A DNA stretch of 63,509 bases, the filler included, from Licmophora abbreviata (Eukaryota), in NCBI GenBank assembly GCA_900291995.1. It is 15 parts of 15 records of this genome, joined end to end, with 100 filler letters (N's around TTAATTAATTAA, not from the genome) between each part and the next. Parts side by side here need not be neighbours in the genome. Positions count along the whole stretch, not along the records: positions 1 to 2,630 come from OLMU01001453.1; positions 2,731 to 5,074 come from OLMU01001457.1; positions 5,175 to 13,593 come from OLMU01001458.1; 12 more parts are not named here. One strand, 5' to 3'. Both the position numbers and the translations under genes were made by a program. Shown here piece after piece: positions 1 through 10,569 of the stretch (positions are counted from its first letter, which is position 1; every line of letters starts with the position of its first letter). Below the pieces are notes generated by a model that was not told the origin of the DNA, did no database searches, and saw only the letters and a program-made list of their open reading frames with translations.

Positions 1-1431
1 ACAGATGATGAGGGAACAGGTGTCTCCAATGCGGATGACACATCCGTCAAAATCACGGCAGCTCCGACTCCCGCACCGACGTCGAATGTAAGTCTCAATT
101 TGATATTCTTTGGCAGTGTGGTTCGCCTGCTTTGTTTCGGTACTTGATCTGATTTGTGTGAGCATTGCCTTTTGACCTGCGACAAACCACAGCCAACGCT
201 CCCGCCAACTCCTTGGCCGACACGCAAGCCCACTCCGAAGCCAACACCCGATCCCACCCCAGTGCCCACCCCAGTGCCCGAGGATCCTCCGAAGATCAAG
301 CTGGAGTACGTGGTTACACCCAAGTTCGTGTACGCACCCGGAGGGCCTGTCAAGCTGAAGATCTACATCGAGAATCTCTCCAATCCCACAGATCCCGTCA
401 CTATCACGTCTCTTGTGTCTGATAAGTTCGGCAACCTCGCCGGAATGGGTGACTGTGCGGTCAACATCGAGATACTGCCTGGCGAAGAATATTTCTGTAG
501 CTTTACGAAGGAGATCACTGGTGACCCCGGTTATGGCTGGCAAGACAAAGCAACCGCTTCTGGGGCAGACGACGAGGGATTGCCAGTCTCCGACGATGAC
601 ATTTCATTTGTGAAAGTCAAAGCCGCTCCGACATCTGCGCCGGCACCAAACCCAACCTCGATGCCTGTTTCCAAGGTAAATGATACAAGATTGCCCCAGA
701 AATTCGACCTCTGGTGTCGTGTGGCTCACAGCCTAATTATGCTTTCTTCTGTATAGGCAACGCCGTCGCCGATCAGACAGACTCCGCCGCTCGAAGCCTG
801 TTACAACCGACAGATTTGCGAAGATTTCCAGTACTATCCCAGCGGTGGCAAAGTCAAGCATGGCGACTACGTGACGGACGACTGGTCCTCGAAGGGTTTC
901 ATCATTTATGCGGAATCTGACGACGGAGGATACACGCCACATGGAGCAGCCCGGATCATGGACACCGCAACGCCTGGATCCGACAAGGACCTCGGGACCC
1001 CGAATAAGAAGTGCGCGGGTGGAGGTCCCGGTGAGGGAGACGGAGGTTTACCGTGGGTTGAAGGAGCGAATTGCGAATACGAGGGAAACGTTCTCATCAT
1101 CCAGGAAGAGACGGACAGAGATGTCGACGACAATGCCTACGGCGGATTCATCACGTTCTTCTTTTCAAAATCAACCACGGTCTTGAGCATGGGATTTCTG
1201 GATCTCGATGTCGGCGAGTCTGCACAGCTCAGGTTCGATTATAGCGACGGCGGGTCTTACACCAAGGGGCTGCATGGACTTGGTGACAACTCTGTTCAGG
1301 ACGTAGTGTTGGAAGAGGAGGGTATCAAGCGCATGAAGTTCACCATGAACTACTCGGGGGCCATCCGTTACATTTGCTACTGTAGCGAAGATGGTGACGC
1401 TGCTCGGCATCGCTTCCTCCGTTCAGAATGA
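1..1431 (+). CDS. 5'-partial secreted Pro/Thr-rich protein with repeated Ig-like (DUF11/DUF7507-like) modules and a C-terminal 'DDNAYGG' domain; exons <1-87, 193-675, 757-1431
   Basis: GT-AG introns 88-192 and 676-756 join the ORFs in frame. Exon 1 (TDDEGTGVSNADDTSVKI) repeats the end of the module in exon 2 (ADDEGLPVSDDDISFVKV). The last exon carries the domain shared with the next two genes. Confidence 0.8.
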
Positions 1432-2260
1432 TCAGCGCACCAGCCGGCGTTCACACCAGGTAGTGGCTTTTCCGCGTGCACTAGAATCAACAAGAAAGAA
1501 GTAGCTAAAATGTTCTACATCAATATTATGAGGAGGATAAATATTGGTTCGTTTGGAGTTTCTCTTCTACCGGTAGCGCTCCATCATACACTCAACACTG
1601 CCACCGAAACTAACTTACTCTCAAATGACTATCAGCTGTCAGACGAGCCTCCCCCTCCTGCTTTCTGCGTGAAAATTATTGGAAGCTTCATGGCAGCAGC
1701 ATGCAGCCGCTCCAAGACCACAATCGACATTGGCGCACATTGAACATACGAGCAAGCGCGATGCTCGCTGGCAAGGATTTTGTGAGAGCTTTACGAATAG
1801 GTTCATACCCGGGTATGTACGAGGTCCAATTCAGAAACGAGGCGCGCAAAGTTCAAGCGCGGGCCGAGCATTTACATTTTCTACGGATGCCTTTGTGCTT
1901 ACGTAAGATTTATTCATGCCTAGAGTTTGAATTGCAGCCACCTCTTTTTTCTTTTTTTCTTTTTTAGCCCGAGCTCGTGAAACTCAAAAAAATGATCACG
2001 CATCCGTATCATAGCGCTGCGCGATTACTCCACCATGCTGCGTTATCCTCGAGGGACACGATGTACTAGCACCCTGTTGATGAATGGCAGTGTGGCTTCA
2101 GGTGAAGGCCTCATCCCACAGCATTCCCGAGCGACTGTCGCGCAATCAAAGGAAGCAGAAATGGGTGAAAGCGTTATGCACAAGCGACTCACTTTTCGTC
2201 CACCAGTGGAGGACACGGTCCATTCGCTATTGTCGATTCCCAGCCAAAGCATTTGGAACC

Positions 2261-3512
2261 ATGCGCGTTCATCAGGTTGGGTCCGTCCTGATCCTTCTGT
2301 TGGGATGTCCACCCATCATTCTGGCCCAGTCCAGGCAAAAATTGGAGCGTGACATCCTTGTTTCGAACAAGATGGTGGCGTCCGCTTCAGCGTCACAGAT
2401 GGCAGGGACGAGCCCATCGTCAAATCAGAGCTCGACCCCGAGCGAAAGTCCAGCTCCGAGTGAGATACCAAGCACTAGTCCCACTTCCGTCATTGCACCG
2501 TCCGACAGTCAGGCTCCAACTGAGAGCGTGGCACCGAGCGAGAGCCCAGCACCGAGTGAGAGCCCGGCGCCCAGCGACAGTCCAGCACCCAGCGAGGAGT
2601 CACTACTCGTACCGAGCACTAGTCCCACTTNNNNNNNNNNNNNNNNNNNNNNNNNNNNNNNNNNNNNNNNNNNNTTAATTAATTAANNNNNNNNNNNNNN
2701 NNNNNNNNNNNNNNNNNNNNNNNNNNNNNNCGATGCTGACGGCTGTCAAGACACCCGCGCCAGTGAAGCCGACGCCCGCACCGGTCACCAGCAAGCCAAC
2801 TACTTCTTTTCCAACTCAGGCTCCGGTCAAACATCCGAATCTCTCAGGCGACACGTGTATTGACTTCAATTCGCTTCCCGATGGAACGCCTGTGAAGCAT
2901 GGACAGTATGTCAGCGGAGAGTGGCTCTCTTTGGGCCTCAACATCACGGCATCCTCCACGACGGGGGGATATACACCTTCAGGACAAGCCCGAACAATGG
3001 ATACAGCGACGCCTGGATCTGACCTAGATCTCGGTACGCCCAATAGTAGATGTGCCAACCGGGGTCCAGGACGAGGACGAGGAGGAATGCCCGGAGCTGA
3101 AGGTGAAAATTGCAGGTACGAAGGCAACGTACTCGTCATTCAGGAAGAGACCGATCGAGATGTCGATGACAACGCGTATGGTGGGACGATTAAGTTTGAT
3201 TTCACAGGCCCCGTCTCGCTCAAGTCGATTGGACTTCTGGACATTGAGCAAGGAGTCATGGCGTCCCTGACCATTGGAAATAGTGATGGCGCAGTCAAAC
3301 CAACCATGCCCATCTCCGGTCTTGGCGACAACTCTGTCCAGACCGTTGCATTTGAGAATGAAAGTAACGTGGAAAGTCTGACGCTGAGTTTGAAGACGTC
3401 GGGAGCAGTGCGCTATCTCTGTTTTCATCATGGAGCACAACCAAACACACCCCCTTCTGTACTGAGGCGGTCGAAGCTTCGGGACCTAGACCGGCATCCG
3501 CGGGGTCAGTAA
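2261..3512 (+). CDS. Secreted Ser/Pro/Thr-rich protein with one 'DDNAYGG' domain; spans gap 2631-2730
   Basis: ATG 2261 begins the signal-like MRVHQVGSVLILLLGCPPIILAQ, followed by PSESPA repeats. ORF 2733-3512 continues with a PT linker and the conserved domain. The join across the gap is inferred. Confidence 0.7.
2631..2730. other. Artificial contig linker N44-TTAATTAATTAA-N44; others start at 5075, 13594, 21685, 27469, 30890, 32209, 35299, 36683, 38713, 54392, 56455, 58360 and 60649
   Basis: The identical 100-nt spacer, with stops in all six frames, occurs 14 times. Confidence 0.98.
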
Positions 3513-3852
3513 CCGGGTTTCTTGATACTTCCAGACCAAGGGGGCGACAGCTGCAAACACAAACCATCATACAATGCTAAAGCACGCTTAGACTAGTTAG
3601 TGCTCCAGTATGGGTATCAATGGTGCCCTTCCGTTCACCCAGCTTAATCCCAGGACGATAGAATCGACTGAGCTCCTCCGAATGACTAGCAAGCAAGATA
3701 TCTCTTGAAATCATAACCATCTTTTGTCACGACTCATTCAGCTTATTTCTGCCGTAGTATGAGGCCTGAGCATCGACAAGCAGGACGCGAAAGAAGCAGT
3801 GCCCGAAGCGAATGGAATGAATCAAATCATATCCGCCGTTCGCTCATGCATG

Positions 3853-3916
3853 GTTGACTCGACTTGACTCGACTGACTCGACTCGACTCGATGTTGACTT
3901 GACTCATTCGACTGAC
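3853..3916 (+). repeat. Degenerate (GACTC/GACTT)n tandem repeat
   Basis: gttgactcgacttgactcgactgactcgactcgactcgatgttgacttgactcattcgactgac read directly. Confidence 0.85.
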
Positions 3917-4574
3917 GAGGTACTTCATAACAATACTGGTATCAGGTACCGTTACCACGTACGTATACTAAGTAGCTCGTATCATACAAAGTACAAGGTA
4001 TGATACATACGCGAGCCTCAGTACAACTTCCTGTAGAACTCATTTGAACTTCAAGTGGCGCGGAAGTTGTATCGCAGGGTGGTGCACTTAAAGATTTTGC
4101 TAGCACGTTGTTCTTCTGAGATATGATCTAGGTATTGGTACTCGGCACAGTGCATGGCAAAGTACAGCCTATTTACGGCCGTCCGAGCCTGTTCCATAGG
4201 CCCTAAGTTTGCGTGATTCCAAATCGGATGGCAGCGTTTCATTTATATGCCCGCTAAGGTGAAGCCAGAACAGATTCGGATGCCAGGAGCGCCCATTCCC
4301 GCTGCGTGATTTCGTGTTAGCTAAAATCGCTTATACACTTATACCAATGCTCATACTCATGCTCAGAGACTGTGCTGCCAGACGAAAGGTGAAGGTGAGT
4401 CACAGCAGTCCGTTGACCGTCGACGAAACATAACGCCAGACTGAAAGCGGCAAATGAACACTTCACATTTTCCATCTCAATGCGCTGCGTTGTGCGCTTG
4501 GTTACTCTTCTGCCAAACGAGTGTTTACCGTCATCTCTCTTGATTCAGCTGATTATTCCGTTGGATAAGGCAAG

Positions 4575-7500
4575 ATGATCTTCTCCAAGAACTTGCACGC
4601 CCTTCTTGTCCTCGGGCTGACCGTGACGACCGCATTGGGGCAAACCTCCGAGCCCAGCTTTAGTCTTTCCCCAAGTGCTGCCCCTGTAACGGCCACACCC
4701 GCACCAAGTGCCAGTCCAGCACCAAGTGAAAGTCCAGCACCGAGCGCCAGTCCAGCTCCAAGTGCCAGTCCGGCGCCATCGGTTGCACCTTTCATGAAGA
4801 CCACTGCCCCTGTCCCAACCACGCTGGCACCGAGCGCCAGTCCGGCGCCAAGTGCTAGCCCTGCCCCGAGCGCAAGTCCAGCTCCCACTGAGGTCATCCC
4901 AACGCCAGTTCCTGTCCCTTCCCCGACGCTTCCTCCTGTGCCCACCACGTCGGCCCCGAGCGAAAGCCCAGCGCCGAGTGCCAGTCCGGCGCCGAGTGCC
5001 AGTCCGGCTCCAACTGATATCATTCCCACGCCAACTCCTGTGTCACCACCAACTTCGCCTCCCGTGCCCACCACNNNNNNNNNNNNNNNNNNNNNNNNNN
5101 NNNNNNNNNNNNNNNNNNTTAATTAATTAANNNNNNNNNNNNNNNNNNNNNNNNNNNNNNNNNNNNNNNNNNNNGCCCCCTCCTGTGCCCACCACGGCTT
5201 CACCGAGTGCAAGTCCGGCCCCTAGTGCAAGCCCAGCGCCCAGCGCAAGTCCAGCTCCTACGGATGCTCTTCCAACTCTGCCTCCAGTCCCACCACCGAC
5301 TTCATCTCCAGTTCCGCCACCGACCCCCTCGCCTATACCTGCCACTCCTGCCCCAAGTGCAAGTCCAGCTCCAACTTCTGGAGAGTGCATCTACTTGAAC
5401 TTCGACACACTTCCAAATGGCTCTCCCGTGGCACACGGTGCGTATGTCAGCAGCGAATGGCTCTCGCTCGGTGTGAATATCACTGCTGTGTCCCTCGATG
5501 GAGGATACACACCTGGTGGACAGGCTCGAATCATGGATACCGCGACACCCGAGACCGATACTGATCTGGGCACCCCGAACGAGTACTGTAGTCCTTCCGG
5601 GCCTGGTCAAGGCTTGGGTGGAAGACCTGGTGAAGAAGGCGAAAACTGTAATTATGAAGGCAACGTACTCATCATTCAAGAAGAAAAAGACCGTGATGTA
5701 GATGACAATGCATATGGTGGAAAGATCACTTTCGCCTTTTCTCGTCCGACAACGGTCTTGAGTATGGGATTTCTAGATCTCGAGCAAGGAGAGACTGGAT
5801 CACTTTCCTTCGAGAGCACCGACGGATCTTCACCATCAACAACGAAGCTAAGTGGACTAGGAAACAATGCCGTTCAGGAAGTGAGTATTGGGAAAGAATT
5901 TGTGGGAAGCATGACTCTTAGCATCTCCAACTCTGGAGCCGTCCGCTTCATTTACTTCTGTCCGGGAGGGGGAAGCACCCCAACTCCTGCTCCGGTCATT
6001 CCGACCCCCAACCCGACTCCCGAGCCTACTCTCGAACCAACGCCTGCTCCAGTCATTCCGACTCCTGCTCCCGTTAACCCAACCTCCAGTCCGACTCCTG
6101 AGCCTACTCCCGAGCCAACACCAGCTCCAGTCATCCCGACTCCTGCTCCCGTCACCCCAACCTCCAGCCCGACTCCTGAGCCTACTCCCAAGCCAACACC
6201 GACTCCTCTCGCACCTACGCCTTCCCCGATCGCACCGACACCCAACCCAACTCGCGGGCCTACTCCTGAGCCAACACGCTCTCCTGTCGCACCTACTCGT
6301 GCTCCTGTAGCACCGACCCCCAACCCAACTTCCGAGCCCACCCCCGAGCCAACCCTTGCCCCCATCGAACCAACCCCGAAACCCACACCCGAGCCTACGC
6401 CCAAGCCTACGCCAAATCCCACTTCTGATCCCACACTGATGCCCACACCGAGTCCGACAGCGTCTCCCACACCCGAGCCGACTCCGTCGCCATCGTCCGC
6501 GCCAAGCGAGAGTCCAGCACCCAGCGAGAGTCTCGTCCCTACTATTTCACCGACACCAGCTCCAACGCCCCTACCGACAGCTGAGCCAACCCCGGCGCCC
6601 ACACCGAAGCCTACCCCTAGTCCAACTCCGTCGCCGACGCCCGCGCCCACCACTGCCGCTCCAACGCCCGCGCCTACCCCTGCACCGACCATGGACCCAA
6701 TCAGTGTTTGTATTCAAAACCCCATTTGCGTCAACTTCGAGTCTCTGCCAAGCGGCGAGCCCGTCACGCATGGAATGTATGTCAGCAGCGAATGGCTATC
6801 TCTTGGATTCAACATCACCGCAGCTTCTCTAGACGGAGGATTTACACCAGGGGGTCAAGCCCGTGTCATGGACACTGCCACACCTGAGACAGACAAAGAT
6901 CTGGGTACCCCAAACCAGTTCTGTAGCCCTCCCGGCCCTGGACAGGGTGAGGGCGGTATCCCAGGAGCAGACGGTGAGAACTGCAACTACGAAGGAAACG
7001 TCCTCATCATTCAGGAAGAAAAAGATCGAGATGTAGACGACAATGCGTACGGCGGCAGCATTACTTTCGACTTTACGCTCCCGACGATTGTTTTGAGTAT
7101 GGGGCTTCTCGATCTTGACAAGGGTGAGGCTGGATCGCTGTACTTGGATAGCGTGGATGGATCGGCCCCTTCCGCGATAAAGCTTTCTGGATTGGGCGAC
7201 AACGCCGTCCAGGATGTGGCGATCGAGAAACAAGGTGTAGGAAGCATGACTCTTAGTATCTCCAATTCTGGAGCTGTTCGGTTCATCTGTTACTGTCCGG
7301 AGGTGACCCCTGCCCCTACACTTGCTCCTACTCCCAAGCCCACGCCTGAGCCCACGCCGAAGCCAACACCTGGACCCACGCCGAAGCCCACACCTGAGCC
7401 CACGCTGAAGCCAACACCTGCACCCACCCCCAAGCCAACACCTGCACTCACTCCTAAGCCAACACCTGCACCCACTCCTAAGCCATCGCCATTACCAACC

Positions 7501-8118
7501 AGCTTCCCGACGAGTACGCCCACAAAGAAGCCGGAGCAAGACATCTGCATTGACTTTGACAAGAAACCGGATGGCAGTCCCATCGAAAACGGTGCTTACA
7601 TTAGTAGTCAATGGCTGTCCCTCGGTCTGAATATCTCCGCAACGTCAGTCAATGGTGGCTACACGCCTGGAGGACAAGCCCGTATCTACGACACATCCAT
7701 TGCCGGAGCAGATCTGGATCTTGGGACACCCAACGAGTTCTGCACCCCGTCGGGTCCGGGAAAAGGAGTTGGAGGAATGCCAGGAGTTGCTGGCGAAAAC
7801 TGCAAGCCGCAAGGAAACGTCCTCATTATCCAGGAAGGAGGTGCTCTTGAGCCAGATGACAATGCGTACGGTGGCACATTCAAGTTCGATTTCACCTACC
7901 CGGTCACCCTTAAGTCCATTGCGTTCCTCGATCTTGACGAAAAGATGGCTGCGGTTGTTGAGGTCATCAAGGCAGGAGGATCTGATGTTATTCCTATTGA
8001 CGGGCTTGGAGACAACGCGGCTCAGGAACTGATCTTCACCGATGCGAAAAGCACTTCAAGTCTTCTGGTTGGTTTGCAAATGTCGGGCGCAATCACTTCC
8101 ATCTGTTACCGGCTCTAG
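4575..8118 (+). CDS. Large secreted mucin-like protein with PSASPA/PTPxPT repeats and three 'DDNAYGG' domains; spans gap 5075-5174
   Basis: Signal peptide [22 protein letters not shown]. The same repeat type lies on both sides of the gap. Domains at about 5386-5962, 6727-7297 and 7546-8115. Confidence 0.85.
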
Positions 8119-8460
8119 GAACCGAGTAGGCCGTTCTCGACCTCAATTCGAAACTGAATTCCCCCGAGATATCCGTTGTGTTGAGTGCGTGCCGTTGATG
8201 TAGTGTCAAGTAGCGTTCGGTCGAGAAAGACAAGTAAAACCAACAGGCCAATGCCACATTTTGATAGTTTGACATTTTGCATATCGAGCTTGAACACTAT
8301 AGTTGTGCCGCCGTAGCATCGCATTGAGTCCGCCTTTTCAGGGTCGCCGTTGAATTTTCTCTTTGGAGAAGCACTTCACACCAATGGAACCGATATGACT
8401 TGGAGATACATAGTGATGGGGCCTATGAAATCTTTTCCTTTATTGCCTCGTTAAATGCAT

Positions 8461-10215
8461 TTAGAGTACCACTGTATCGGGAGAAACATGCGGTCTCAAC
8501 GTCGCTGAGGTGGACGAGCGCCTGGGCGCCAACTCTGCTTCGATGCCCGACTGCATTTCTTTGATTGAAACAAACACAGGCTTGCGTCTCTTCTCCTTTC
8601 TTCGGCAGACTGGACAATTCGGGGAGGCACACGATTTTCTTTCGTCATAATCGTCGGGTACACATGGAACAACGAGCATGGAACCTTCACCAAAGACACA
8701 TGCATCAAGGAAACCTTCATCGTTCAATACTATCACGCTATGGTCTTCTCCCAACGGCTGATCCAGTCCGTCTTCGTGGTGGTTTACCTGATTCAAATAC
8801 GCCAATCGATGGCTTCGTCTTCGCAGCACGACAATCGCCGCAACAACAAGCAATGCTACCGCAGCTGCACTCACAACTACAGCCCCAGCCACTACTCCAC
8901 TGCCAGAATCAGAGTTGGTAAAAACGCCCTGTTCGAGTCCGTCCACCGTCGCATCCTCTCCATTATCGTCCGTTTCCTGCCCGACCAACGTTAGATCGGT
9001 GAAGCCACGAAAGACAATTGCTTGCACACGGTCATCTCCGCTGGCCCATAATGGCATTCCGCTTCTAAGAAAGCTGGCCACATCACTAGCGATCTCCTCC
9101 TTGGTACTGTTTGCAATGTACTCCCAGGTCATACTTGCCTTCACGACATAACAGTCTCCCCCATTGTCCCCAGATTCCTCTGGATGGCAAACCTCATCAT
9201 GATTCACTCGATCCGGTTCTGCCGTTGACAATGAAATCAAGTCCAGTTTGTCTTGTTTGACCAAGAATCGTCCACGGGGTACTTTGACGGGTCGCTTCTT
9301 CAATCGTCGTCGTTCAAAGTCACAATCAAAGTACGCCAAGGCAATCTCATCGTGCATTCGTGCTTCGATATATTCTACGACCGGCTCGGGGGAATTGGCC
9401 GTCGTCACCACGACCGTGTACTGGAGCGCAAACTTGGTCTCCTCCAACAGGTTATCCACTCCATCAGGGCCACCGTCCCTGCAAACAGAGGTTGTGGTGG
9501 TGTCGTTCTGTGTAGTTGTAAAGACAATGGGTCCAGAGGGTATCGCGGACGGAATCGCAGATTGTAATTGTGACAGTGACGGAGACAGGGAGGGCAGCAA
9601 CGACGGAGCGTACGCAGGGTAAGACGACGGCAACAGCGAAGCTATCGCGCCCACACTTGGATTCGCGGTTGGAGAAGTCGATGGTTTGGGAGTGGTACTC
9701 CCCGAGGGCTGCTCCGACCTTGTCACGGTCGGCTTCGTGGACGGTCTGGGAGACGGTGGGCCCGTGGGCTGTAAGCTCGTAGTCGGGGAAACAAACGGCT
9801 TGGTTGACGGAGCACCCGAGGGCTCAGTGATCGCTGTGGGCATGAGGGGCATTGTCGGACTGCTTGATGGACTGCTTGATTGCACAACGCTGGGATGCGC
9901 TGTCAGGGCAGAGGACCCTGAGAATGGAGCACAAGTACTACCACTTGAGCATCCTTTGCTCTTGCTGCCCTTGCTGCCCTTGCTCTTTTTGCTGCTCTTC
10001 TTGAGCAACAGCGCATCCGCCATTTCGTTTGGAACCAAGTCAAACAAGTCCAGATTCCGCTGATTCTTGGAAGGTGCACGACGAGCATTGCTGTTCAACG
10101 CTCTGAGGACCGCGGCTCGAGTGCCTTTCGGAAATGACCGAGCCTCAGTGGAACGGAGGCGATTCAGGGTTACCACCAGCACCAATTTGAAAATAAGACA
10201 TGGAACTTGCTTCAT
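8461..10215 (-). CDS. Single-pass type I membrane protein with signal peptide, Ser/Lys-rich and Ser/Pro/Thr-rich tracts and RXL motifs (silicalemma-associated-protein-like)
   Basis: First ATG at 10215 (MKQVPCLIFKLVLVV). Contains KKSSKKSKGSKGSKSKG, RNL/RRL/RFL motifs, a Cys-containing lumenal domain, and TM VVAGAVVVSAAAVALLVVAAIVVL followed by RRR and a cytosolic tail. Confidence 0.7.
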   Translation of the reverse strand: MKQVPCLIFKLVLVVTLNRLRSTEARSFPKGTRAAVLRALNSNARRAPSKNQRNLDLFDLVPNEMADALLLKKSSKKSKGSKGSKSKGCSSGSTCAPFSGSSALTAHPSVVQSSSPSSSPTMPLMPTAITEPSGAPSTKPFVSPTTSLQPTGPPSPRPSTKPTVTRSEQPSGSTTPKPSTSPTANPSVGAIASLLPSSYPAYAPSLLPSLSPSLSQLQSAIPSAIPSGPIVFTTTQNDTTTTSVCRDGGPDGVDNLLEETKFALQYTVVVTTANSPEPVVEYIEARMHDEIALAYFDCDFERRRLKKRPVKVPRGRFLVKQDKLDLISLSTAEPDRVNHDEVCHPEESGDNGGDCYVVKASMTWEYIANSTKEEIASDVASFLRSGMPLWASGDDRVQAIVFRGFTDLTLVGQETDDNGEDATVDGLEQGVFTNSDSGSGVVAGAVVVSAAAVALLVVAAIVVLRRRSHRLAYLNQVNHHEDGLDQPLGEDHSVIVLNDEGFLDACVFGEGSMLVVPCVPDDYDERKSCASPNCPVCRRKEKRRKPVFVSIKEMQSGIEAELAPRRSSTSATLRPHVSPDTVVL

Positions 10216-10569
10216 CTTTTTCAAGAGGCAAGGGAGTCTCTGAGAGTACCATTGTGGTGATGGCAGACCCGTCAATCCTGTTGGGCGATGTCAAGGGAGT
10301 CTTGCAAAAACTCACATTCTGGTTCGTGGACTGCGAGACCATTTCAAAGCATCGGCATGCGCGAACGGTGAAGATCATTTTCTACGAGTATGGACTTACG
10401 ATGTATGCTCAAGATGCACCATCAAAATGTATAATTGGCTGTTTATACTATTGCATGGGCTTGCATGGCCATGTTGACGCGTGCAATTACGTCTCGTCGT
10501 GTCTTTGGAGTCTACCCATACTACGAAACCAGGTATGATACGTTACTTAGAGCCTATGAAGCCTCGCAC

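Noticed and set aside
3975..4016. Inverted repeat GTATCATAC...GTATGATAC as a MITE or terminator
   Set aside because: Only a 9-bp stem in GTAC-rich intergenic DNA, with no second copy or target duplication seen.
4553..7583. Gly/Val/Ala-rich minus-strand ORFs
   Set aside because: They are antisense shadows of the Pro/Thr/Ser repeats on the plus strand.
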